Part shown: positions 7,471-14,699 of the stretch, in pieces
How positions within the stretch are numbered: the stretch's first letter is position 1
How the letters are laid out: each line of letters starts with the position of its first letter
DNA from: a virus
Virus record (IMG/VR): IMGVR_UViG_3300018481_000003
Coordinates: 1 to 64,000 of that record
DNA length: 64,000 nucleotides
Strand: one strand, 5' to 3'
Program-made: the position numbers and the translations under genes
Notes under the pieces: generated by a model
What the model was told of the DNA's origin: nothing
The model's input: the letters and a program-made list of their open reading frames with translations, nothing else
The model's database searches: none

Positions 7471-7562
7471 TGCTTGCTGACGGACTGTATATCGGCGGCG
7501 GTGTTCTCTTGATCATCGTCGTCATCCTCGTCGTCCTGCTGCTCATGCGGAGGGGGATCTAG
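7470..7562 (+). CDS. 30-aa single-pass membrane peptide
   Basis: ATG 7470 lies 10 nt after AAAGGAG. Sequence MLADGLYIGGGVLLIIVVILVVLLLMRRGI: a hydrophobic helix with a basic anchor. Coupled at both ends (TGATG / TAGTG). Confidence 0.55.
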   Translation: MLADGLYIGGGVLLIIVVILVVLLLMRRGI

Positions 7563-7714
7563 TGCCAGCCGAGAAGCACACCAAGAAGGCGACGACCGAC
7601 AAGAAGAAGCGTCAGTGGCAGCACGTCCGCGAGTCGGCCGAGAAGTCTGGTGATTCACCGGGCAAGGCGATCACCAAGGCCAGCGGCGTTCTCAAGAAGG
7701 AAGCGAAGAAGTAA
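7562..7714 (+). CDS. hypothetical Lys-rich small protein (50 aa)
   Basis: GTG 7562 overlaps TAG 7560-7562 and lies 5 nt after GGAGGGGG. Sequence VPAEKHTKKATTDKKKRQWQHVRESAEKSGDSPGKAITKASGVLKKEAKK. Its TAA overlaps ATG 7714. Confidence 0.55.
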   Translation: MPAEKHTKKATTDKKKRQWQHVRESAEKSGDSPGKAITKASGVLKKEAKK

Positions 7715-8046
7715 TGGCCAAGGGACTCGCTGGCACCTACGGGACGAGGACCGAGAACCATCCCGGTCGTGTCGCCAAACGTGACGACGGTGGGGCAGGT
7801 GGTGCTGTTGTCAGCGACTACCAACGGATCGGTGACACCAACACCTACCGCACTCCTGATCGCCTGATGCACGTCGGTGTGGCCTCTGGAGCAGAGCGTT
7901 ACCCACCGCAGTCGGAGCAACCTGGGCGGGGCACACTCGTTCCGTCGTGGGAAGAGAACTTCTTGGGGGCACATCCATACCCTCAGCAGGTAGGCAGCGG
8001 CCCAGTGTCCGAGGTCATCAACAAGACGCAATGGACTCCGTCGTAA
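7714..8046 (+). CDS. hypothetical protein (110 aa)
   Basis: ORF 7714..8046, coupled at both ends. Confidence 0.65.
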   Translation: MAKGLAGTYGTRTENHPGRVAKRDDGGAGGAVVSDYQRIGDTNTYRTPDRLMHVGVASGAERYPPQSEQPGRGTLVPSWEENFLGAHPYPQQVGSGPVSEVINKTQWTPS

Positions 8047-8183
8047 TGTGGCCCGACTGCGATTTCAGGTGGGATACCGAAGCGGCAGACCACACTCATC
8101 GCTGCATCGAGCCGGACACTCATGAGGACGAGCACATCTGCGACTGTGGTGAACGATGTGACATGGGAGACAGGGCTTACTGA
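8046..8183 (+). CDS. 45-aa Cys/His/Asp-rich small protein (possible metal binding)
   Basis: In-frame part of ORF 7947..8183 from ATG 8046 (TAATG overlap). Sequence MWPDCDFRWDTEAADHTHRCIEPDTHEDEHICDCGERCDMGDRAY: 5 Cys and 5 His in 45 aa. Confidence 0.55.
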   Translation: MWPDCDFRWDTEAADHTHRCIEPDTHEDEHICDCGERCDMGDRAY

Positions 8184-8929
8184 TGAAAGGGCAGCCACAA
8201 CTAACCGGCGTCCGTTGGGGTAGGGGCGACCTCCCCAAGGTCGGCTCGGTTGAGCGTGGCGCCAAGGCGTATATGCAGTCCCAGGGCCTCCAGCATCGGC
8301 CCTCCAGCGCATTCCAGGGAATCCAAGCCGATCCCAACAACATCGCCGCCATCGGTCTGGCCGTTCGTGCTCAACAGGGAGCGCCAGCCCACATCTCCCC
8401 ACAACTGCATGCCTCGTACAAGGCGTTGACCGAAGGGGTCAACCAGCAGTACGAGCACATGACCCGATCTAAGGACAAAGGTGGCATGGGTCTGTCCGTA
8501 GAAGTTTCACGGGAAGACCCATACTCCTCTATGCACGCAGCCAGGGCCGATGTCGTGAAGAACTCACGCATCAAGGTGCTCGCCACAGAAACCACAGCGG
8601 CAGGGCACCAGGGCCAACATCCGGTCTGGTCTGCGGAGATGAACGACAAGTTCCGTGCTGTCCACGATGTCTTCGGACACCTTGCCATCGGTCGTAACAC
8701 AGCACGACATGGTGAGGAAGCTGCGGCCCAGCATCATGCTCAGATGTTCCCCAAGCAAGCTCACGCTGCTCTGTTCTCCGAGACACGGGCGCAGAACTCG
8801 GCGCTGATCTACAACCAGGCGTTCCCCCAGGACAAGCCTTACAACCTGCCTGAGTGGGCGACCAAGGCCAATCCCAAGCAGCCGACGCCCAAGCGCAAGC
8901 CGCAGGGCGAACAGTTGAGCTTGTTCTGA
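8183..8929 (+). CDS. hypothetical protein (248 aa) with a His-rich motif VHDVFGH..HGEE..HH
   Basis: ORF 8183..8929 with a TGATG overlap. No family recognised with confidence. Confidence 0.7.
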   Translation: MKGQPQLTGVRWGRGDLPKVGSVERGAKAYMQSQGLQHRPSSAFQGIQADPNNIAAIGLAVRAQQGAPAHISPQLHASYKALTEGVNQQYEHMTRSKDKGGMGLSVEVSREDPYSSMHAARADVVKNSRIKVLATETTAAGHQGQHPVWSAEMNDKFRAVHDVFGHLAIGRNTARHGEEAAAQHHAQMFPKQAHAALFSETRAQNSALIYNQAFPQDKPYNLPEWATKANPKQPTPKRKPQGEQLSLF

Positions 8930-9171
8930 TGGCCACCAACCTGTTCCGGGGAGAGGTACGCCCACGACGCCAACCTGCTGGGCGTCGTCACATCATGACC
9001 TCGGCTGCCAAGACCAGGGCTGATGACTTCTCCAACCCGTTCCGCCAAACGCCGATCTCCAGCACCATCTCCTCCAAGCAGTTCCCGGCGCTGTACGTTC
9101 GGTCCCCTCTGAAACGGCAGTATCGAAACTTCATGCGGATCAAGACGCCGTACACCAGGATGAGGCCCTGA
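8929..9171 (+). CDS. hypothetical basic protein (80 aa)
   Basis: In-frame part of ORF 8854..9171 from ATG 8929 (TGATG overlap). Sequence MATNLFRGEVRPRRQPAGRRHIMTSAAKTRADDF... Confidence 0.6.
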   Translation: MATNLFRGEVRPRRQPAGRRHIMTSAAKTRADDFSNPFRQTPISSTISSKQFPALYVRSPLKRQYRNFMRIKTPYTRMRP

Positions 9172-9335
9172 TGCCTGCACCACATGACCTCGATCCTCCG
9201 TCGATGACCGAAGATGAACGTCTGGAGGCCAAGCGCTACGACTCCGCTCACGCCTTTGAGATGATGCACCCGGCGATCAGTCGTGCCCAGTTCGGCAGTG
9301 CCAGCCCCCTACGAGCGTTTGAGGTCGAAGAATGA
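9171..9335 (+). CDS. hypothetical small acidic protein (54 aa)
   Basis: Not in the ORF track. ATG 9171 shares a base with TGA 9169-9171. Sequence MPAPHDLDPPSMTEDERLEAKRYDSAHAFEMMHPAISRAQFGSASPLRAFEVEE. Its stop overlaps the portal ATG (ATGA 9332-9335). Confidence 0.55.
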   Translation: MPAPHDLDPPSMTEDERLEAKRYDSAHAFEMMHPAISRAQFGSASPLRAFEVEE

Positions 9336-10990
9336 CCGTCGCCTTCCACTCCCCCAGCTTCAGGGCGGCGGCGTCTGACCTGACTATCGCTATCTCACCA
9401 CTGGGCCTTGTTGAGTTAGCAGACGAAGAGTTCGAAGTACACGGCCCTCGGCTGAACCGCTACGCCTCCAACTGGGCCTGGTACCTGGGTCACCACTGGG
9501 CCTACAAGCGTGAGATCGGTGAGCCGCAACTCGTCTTCAACTGGGTGAAAGCATTTTCCGACTATCTCACCAACTTCTCCTTCTCCAAGGGGATCAACTT
9601 CTACTCCCCGGAGGCCACTGCTGCCATCGTCCCGTACTCCTTGCTGGAGGTGTGGGAGGTCCACAACAACAAGAACCAGGTGCTGATGGAGTTGGCCCAG
9701 CTTGGGTCAGTGTCAGGGGACTGTTTCGTCAAGGTTGCCTACGAGCCGCCATACATGGATATGGCTGGTGTTCCCCACGAAGGGCGCATCCGCATCCTTC
9801 CGATCAACCCGGCGTTCTGCTTCCCCGAGTTCCATCCTCACGACCGCAGCCGGATGATCCGGTTCAAGACCAAGTACAAGTTCTTCGGGACGGCCCAGGA
9901 CGGCACTCGCCAGGTCATGACCTACGTCGAGTTGATGACGGAGGATATGATCGAGGAGTACATCAACGACGAGTTGATCGACCAGAGGCCCAACCCCATC
10001 GGTGAGATAGCGGTTGCCTTCTGTCCCAACTACGTCGTTGCCTCGTCCCCGTGGGGCCTCTCCGACATCACCGACATCATTCCACTGAACCGTGAGTACA
10101 ACGAGAAGGCCACGGAGATCAGCGACATCATCAACTATCACGCCTCTCCTGTGACGGTGATAACCGGGGCCAAAGCGTCCAACCTGGAGAAGGGTCCCCG
10201 CAAGGTGTGGGCCGTCACCAACAAGGACGCCAAGATCCAGCAACTGGAGCTACAGACCAACTTCACCGGGCCGTTGGGCTACATGGAGTTGCTCAAGCAG
10301 AACATGCACGAACTGACCGGTGTTCCAGCAGCCGCCCTGGGAACGATGCAGCCGATCAGCAACACCTCCGGTGTGGCCTTGGCCATTCAGTACCAGCCGT
10401 TGATGCTCAAGCATGGGCGCAAGGTCATCAACTACACCAAGCTGTTCGAACGGATCAACGAGTTGATCATGAGGCATGCCTTCGTGTTTGCCCCTGAGTT
10501 GACGATCTACGACCCGATGCGGTCCTCGACGTACCTCAAGCCGGATCAGCTTCCTGAACTCGACCCGGCCAGCCCGGTGTCCTACCGCACGTACGTCGAT
10601 TGGCCGTCTCCGATGCCCATCGACCGGCTGCTCAAGATCAACGAAATCCAGGCATTGATGGCGATGAACCTTGAATCCCGTCGTGGCGCACTGCGTGACC
10701 TGGGAGTTCAGTTCCCCGACCAGAAGATCAGGGAAATCTTCGAAGAGGTCATGGAGGACTCCAAGGAGCAGGGTGCCCTGCAACTGATCCAGAACCAGAT
10801 CGCCGGGTTCAACATGGCTGCTACCGGCATGATGCCTGATGGCACCCCGATGATGGGCGCCGATGCCGAAGGAAACCCGCAGATTGCCCAACCTCCGGTC
10901 AACCCGGAGGTCGCCCAGGAGCTTCAGTTCCTGGCCTACGGCCAGATGCCGCCGCAACTCCAGGACTTCGAAGCTGATGACCAAACGTAG
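9332..10990 (+). CDS. portal protein
   Basis: 552 aa, sitting between the terminase block and the scaffold/capsid genes. The central region (..ITDIIPLNREYNEKATEISDIINYHASPVTVITGAK..) and the acidic C-terminus are typical of portal proteins. Confidence 0.8.
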   Translation: MTVAFHSPSFRAAASDLTIAISPLGLVELADEEFEVHGPRLNRYASNWAWYLGHHWAYKREIGEPQLVFNWVKAFSDYLTNFSFSKGINFYSPEATAAIVPYSLLEVWEVHNNKNQVLMELAQLGSVSGDCFVKVAYEPPYMDMAGVPHEGRIRILPINPAFCFPEFHPHDRSRMIRFKTKYKFFGTAQDGTRQVMTYVELMTEDMIEEYINDELIDQRPNPIGEIAVAFCPNYVVASSPWGLSDITDIIPLNREYNEKATEISDIINYHASPVTVITGAKASNLEKGPRKVWAVTNKDAKIQQLELQTNFTGPLGYMELLKQNMHELTGVPAAALGTMQPISNTSGVALAIQYQPLMLKHGRKVINYTKLFERINELIMRHAFVFAPELTIYDPMRSSTYLKPDQLPELDPASPVSYRTYVDWPSPMPIDRLLKINEIQALMAMNLESRRGALRDLGVQFPDQKIREIFEEVMEDSKEQGALQLIQNQIAGFNMAATGMMPDGTPMMGADAEGNPQIAQPPVNPEVAQELQFLAYGQMPPQLQDFEADDQT

Positions 10991-10993
10991 AGT

Positions 10994-11033
10994 CCTGATA
11001 CGTCCCTTAGAGATGAGATACTCCTGTATCAGG
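10994..11033 (+). promoter_or_regulatory. hairpin after the portal gene (CCTGATAC / GTATCAGG arms, 24-nt loop)
   Basis: The 8-bp perfect inverted repeat starts 4 nt after the portal stop. Its arms contain the same GATAC/GTATC pair as the SD cassettes. Confidence 0.3.
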
Positions 11034-11085
11034 GCAATTCGTGCTAGAAATAGACCCCGTACATCTGGACAACCCGAGGGAACAC

Positions 11086-11898
11086 ATGTCGAACGTCAGT
11101 GATACGGGCCAAGGAGTCCTCGTTGGAGTCGATCCGGCGCAGCCGAGGATGGCCAACGAGTGGCAACAGACCCGCCCGGACCAAGCAGTGAGTCAACCGG
11201 TTCCGCAACGTGGACAGCCTCCTCAAGAGGAGCGTCCTGCCTACCGCTGGACCGACGACGACATCGAGAAGGCACGCCAGCAAGAGAAGGAGAAGCTGTA
11301 TCCGCGTATCGATGATATGCAGACACAACTTCGCCAACTGGCTGAAGAGCGTGAGGCCGAGAAGGCTGAACGAGAACGCCTCGCTGAAGAGGCTGAAGCT
11401 GCTCGACGGGCCAAGGAAGAGGGCGAGATGGAGGTCCGCACACTTCTGGAACGCAAGGACCAGGAGTGGCAACAGCAGATCGCCCAACTGAATGCCCGGT
11501 ATGACGCTGATCGTGAGGTGTTCTCCAAGGAGCGCCTACTGCAAGAAGCAGAGTTGTACCGGCGTGACCGTATTGCCCAGGAGCAGGAGAACATCCTCCC
11601 TGAGCTTCGTGATTTCATCCAGGGTTCGTCCCCGGAAGAGATCGATCAATCCATCGAAGCGATGAAGCAGCGCACTGCTTCCGTACTCGCCAACTTCGCC
11701 GCTGTGGAGCCGCCTCCGGTTCCATATCAGCGCATCGGGGCCTCACCCACGGCCCCTCCTGTAGGACCAATGGAGCAATTGCCGTCGTATGAATCGTTAA
11801 CGCCCGAAGACATTCGTGGCATGGATATGGACACGTACAAGAGATACCGGACACAACTCCTGCAAGCGACCAGCCAGGCGCAACGGCGTCAAGGCTGA
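11086..11898 (+). CDS. scaffolding protein (coiled-coil)
   Basis: In-frame part of ORF 11041..11898. ATG 11086 lies 6 nt after GAGGGA. It has a long charged heptad-like region (EKARQQEKEKLYPRIDDMQTQLRQLAEEREAEKAERERLAEEAEAARRAKEEGE...). Positioned between portal and capsid. Confidence 0.75.
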   Translation: MSNVSDTGQGVLVGVDPAQPRMANEWQQTRPDQAVSQPVPQRGQPPQEERPAYRWTDDDIEKARQQEKEKLYPRIDDMQTQLRQLAEEREAEKAERERLAEEAEAARRAKEEGEMEVRTLLERKDQEWQQQIAQLNARYDADREVFSKERLLQEAELYRRDRIAQEQENILPELRDFIQGSSPEEIDQSIEAMKQRTASVLANFAAVEPPPVPYQRIGASPTAPPVGPMEQLPSYESLTPEDIRGMDMDTYKRYRTQLLQATSQAQRRQG

Positions 11899-11960
11899 CG
11901 GGTAAGACAATACCCACATAGGGGCGCTCGCCGTCCCACGCTCCACAAGGAGAATCCACT

Positions 11961-13370
11961 ATGGCAGTCGGTGGCAGTCTTGGTGGCGAGCTTCCGATCG
12001 TATCCGGTATCACCGGCACGACGAGAGCCGCCCCCGGAGGCATCTACTCACAGTACGAACCAGCGGTCGGTTACTTCGGTAACGCAACCATGGACAACAC
12101 GGGCGTTGGCTACGCCGGGGCGGTTGCGACCGGCTCGACCATGCTGGGTCCGGCGATCCAGACCATCTGGTCAAAAGAGATCCTGTTCCAATCGATGCCC
12201 GTCTTGCGGTTCGAACAGTTCGCGGTGAAGAAGACGGAACTCGGCACGATGCCGGGTCTGACGGTGAACTTCATGAGGTACAACAACCTCCCGGTTCCCG
12301 CAGGTCCACTGGTCGAAGGCGTTCGCATGAAGACGCACGCCATCACGGCAAACCAGTACGCCATCACCGTCCAGGAGCAGGGGTTCGCCGTCGCAGTGTC
12401 CGAACTGCTGCTCAACGCCAGCTTCGATGACATCATGGCGTCGTCGTCCCGCCTCCTCGGGCGGAACATGGCGCTGTACATGGATGGTCAGGCTCGCACC
12501 ACGCTGGCTCGGGCGTCGTCGGTCGTGTTCGGTTACGCCAAGCCCACGGCGATCAACGTCGGCTACGGCATCTACGAGGGTGGTACCCCGGCGACCGGGC
12601 TTGCTCAGGTCACGACCGCCGCAGGTACCGGCACGTTGGACGACAACTTCTGGCTGACGCCGTACAGCATCAAGGATGCCGTCGAGGTCCTCGCCACGAA
12701 GAACGTCCCTCGCCTCGGTGAGACGTACGTCTGCTTCATCCACCCGCACCAATCTCGTCGGTTGCGTGATACCCCCGAGTGGATCGAGGTAACCAAGTAC
12801 GCCGCTCCTGGCAACTTCATGCTCGGTGAGATCGGGCGCTTGGACGACGTGGTCTTCATCGAGACGACGCAGGTGTCCAGCCCGACCGCTGGTGTCGTTG
12901 ATGCCAGCGATCCGTGGTCGCAGCTTCCTGGTGGAGCGGTGACTTCGGTCAACCCGGACAACCCGGACTGGCGTGGCGTGTCTCTCGGTCTGTCTGCGGC
13001 ACAGCAGACGGCGCTTGCCGCCAGCCTGCCCCCGGCGTACGACACGGCTGGTGAGTACCCGACCGGTTCCGACCCGTTCGGTGACATCGACGTTGGCCAC
13101 CCGGCTTCGGCTGGTGGCACGTCTCTCGACATCCCACCGCAGACTGGTACTCAGTCACCAGGGTGGGGCGAGCCGTGGGGTCCGGTCAACGGGATCTACG
13201 AGGCGATCATGCTCGGAGACAACGCCTTCGGCCATGCCATCTCGCTCCCGGTCGAACTCAGGGATGGAGGTGTCCTCGACTTCGGCCGGGAGCACGCCCT
13301 CGCCTGGTACTCGATCTGGGGCTGGGGTGTCATCACGGATTCGTCCGTGGTCAAGATCATCACCAACTAG
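11961..13370 (+). CDS. major capsid protein (HK97-fold; resembles N4 gp56-type capsid proteins)
   Basis: 469 aa. SD AAGGAG 9 nt upstream. Sequence pattern ..IWSKEILFQSMPVLRFEQFAVKKTELGTMPGLTVNFMRYNNLPVPAGPLVEGVRM..QYAITVQEQGFAVAVSELL.. Follows the scaffold gene, and a strong hairpin follows it. Confidence 0.85.
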   Translation: MAVGGSLGGELPIVSGITGTTRAAPGGIYSQYEPAVGYFGNATMDNTGVGYAGAVATGSTMLGPAIQTIWSKEILFQSMPVLRFEQFAVKKTELGTMPGLTVNFMRYNNLPVPAGPLVEGVRMKTHAITANQYAITVQEQGFAVAVSELLLNASFDDIMASSSRLLGRNMALYMDGQARTTLARASSVVFGYAKPTAINVGYGIYEGGTPATGLAQVTTAAGTGTLDDNFWLTPYSIKDAVEVLATKNVPRLGETYVCFIHPHQSRRLRDTPEWIEVTKYAAPGNFMLGEIGRLDDVVFIETTQVSSPTAGVVDASDPWSQLPGGAVTSVNPDNPDWRGVSLGLSAAQQTALAASLPPAYDTAGEYPTGSDPFGDIDVGHPASAGGTSLDIPPQTGTQSPGWGEPWGPVNGIYEAIMLGDNAFGHAISLPVELRDGGVLDFGREHALAWYSIWGWGVITDSSVVKIITN

Positions 13371-13382
13371 GACACAACGGAT

Positions 13383-13417
13383 CGTGGGCGGGGGTACGTG
13401 GAGTCCCCCCGCCCACG
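13383..13417 (+). terminator. GC-rich hairpin after the capsid gene (partial terminator/attenuator)
   Basis: CGTGGGCGGGGG / CCCCCGCCCACG, a 12-bp perfect stem with an 11-nt loop, 13 nt after the capsid stop. Confidence 0.55.
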
Positions 13418-13421
13418 TTGC

Positions 13422-13441
13422 GATACGGAGGTATCACAATG
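13422..13441 (+). promoter_or_regulatory. SD-in-hairpin cassette GATAC-GGAG-GTATC-ACA-ATG (copy 1)
   Basis: 5-bp stem GATAC/GTATC with GGAG in the loop. The 21 nt GATACGGAGGTATCACAATGA are identical to 51765-51785. Confidence 0.6.
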
Positions 13442-14329
13442 AGCATTGTTGCTGTCCATGGCCCCTACACGTTCGGGTCGAGGGGCATCACTGAGACTGA
13501 GGAACTTGTTGGCACGGTCAACCCGACCAATGGTCTACTTTGGGACTTCCGTCTCGACTACCCGACCACCAGGTCAGCCCAGGACTTCTCCTGGGCCTTC
13601 CCGACTGACGGCACGCCAACGCCGCAGACCGTGATCGATCCCGCAGTGGTCACCTATGCCACCCCAGGGTCCAAGACGGTCACGTTGACCGTCACCAACA
13701 CGGCCAGGGCCACCGTCAACAACAGGGCGCTGACGAACAACATCGCCACCCTCTCGTTCTCTGCGCCCCACGGCTTCGTTCCTGGCCAGATCGTCACCGT
13801 GTCTGGTGCTGTCGGCGCTCCTTTCACGGGCACCTTCACCTTGATTACGGCCAGCGGTACCACGCTGACCTACGCCTGTGTTGGTGCTGACGTTACGTCG
13901 GGGGCAACGACCGGCACGGTGACTTCGGCTTCTTCGCAGTACCCCGCAGCAGGGACACACACCATCACCGTCACAGCGGTTACAGGAGAAGGTGCGGCTG
14001 GTTCCAGCTTGCGGTCACTTCCGGGAGGGGACGAAGAAGAGGAATACGACCCCGGTGAGCACACCGTGGCCGAGGTCCAGCAGTACGTCACCGACAATCC
14101 CGACGAAGTCGAAGCGGTGTATGACGCCGAGGTCGATGGAAAGAACCGTTCGACCCTGGTCACCTGGCTGGAGGAGAACATCCCCTTCGATCCCAGTGCT
14201 TACACCGTGCAGGAGGTCGTGGACTACGCCGAGGCCAACCCTGATCAGTTGGAAGACATCATCGCCTCTGAGCAAGGTGGTAAGAACAGGACAACCCTCG
14301 TCTCCCAGTTGGAGACGTTGAGGTCGTAA
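13439..14329 (+). CDS. capsid decoration-like protein: PKD-like Ig domain, a ~65-aa module shared with baseplate proteins, and two tandem ~47-aa helical repeats
   Basis: In-frame part of ORF 13163..14329 from ATG 13439 (strong SD). PKD-like segment FSWAFPTDGTPTPQTVIDPAVVTYATPGSKTVTLTVTN. Its position immediately after the capsid gene suggests a head-surface protein. Confidence 0.65.
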   Translation: MSIVAVHGPYTFGSRGITETEELVGTVNPTNGLLWDFRLDYPTTRSAQDFSWAFPTDGTPTPQTVIDPAVVTYATPGSKTVTLTVTNTARATVNNRALTNNIATLSFSAPHGFVPGQIVTVSGAVGAPFTGTFTLITASGTTLTYACVGADVTSGATTGTVTSASSQYPAAGTHTITVTAVTGEGAAGSSLRSLPGGDEEEEYDPGEHTVAEVQQYVTDNPDEVEAVYDAEVDGKNRSTLVTWLEENIPFDPSAYTVQEVVDYAEANPDQLEDIIASEQGGKNRTTLVSQLETLRS

Positions 14330-14351
14330 CTGAACGAAGGAGAACAACATC

Positions 14352-14690
14352 GTGGCAACAACCAAGCAAGCGGCAGCGGCAGAGGTAGAGGTCGAACTCG
14401 ACCCCGACATGGACCCGGCGACCAGCGAGGTCACCAGGCCCTCCGATCTCGGGTTCAAGACTGCCCAACCACGCCACCGGGAGATCGAAGTCGAGCCTCT
14501 GGATGAGAAGCAAGAGCCTCCTGATCCTCAGGGGTTCGTGGAGATCCGCATGGCTGAAACCATCGAGGAGTTCACCTGGGGGAACCCGCACTACCAGTAC
14601 CGCCTGGAAGAGGGCAAGAGGTACCGGGTCCCCGTTGAAGTTGCGCGCTACCTCTACAACCTGGGCTACGTGTACCGACGCGGAATGTAG
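14352..14690 (+). CDS. hypothetical protein (112 aa), acidic N-terminus
   Basis: ORF 14352..14690. GTG start 10 nt after GAAGGAG. Confidence 0.65.
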   Translation: MATTKQAAAAEVEVELDPDMDPATSEVTRPSDLGFKTAQPRHREIEVEPLDEKQEPPDPQGFVEIRMAETIEEFTWGNPHYQYRLEEGKRYRVPVEVARYLYNLGYVYRRGM

Positions 14691-14699
14691 GAGAGAACT

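Noticed and set aside
13163-13438. N-terminal extensions offered by the ORF track: 13163 for the PKD protein, 23431 for the 24301 gene, 18940 for the 19096 gene, 41137 for the gp25-like gene, 4896 for the 5193 gene, 4316 for the 4493 gene, 49521 for the 49782 gene, and 43691 for the gpI-like gene.
   Set aside because: The extensions overlap the 3' parts of well-supported upstream genes in another frame and translate to Arg/Pro/Ser-rich junk. Each has an internal start with a good SD or a stop-start overlap.
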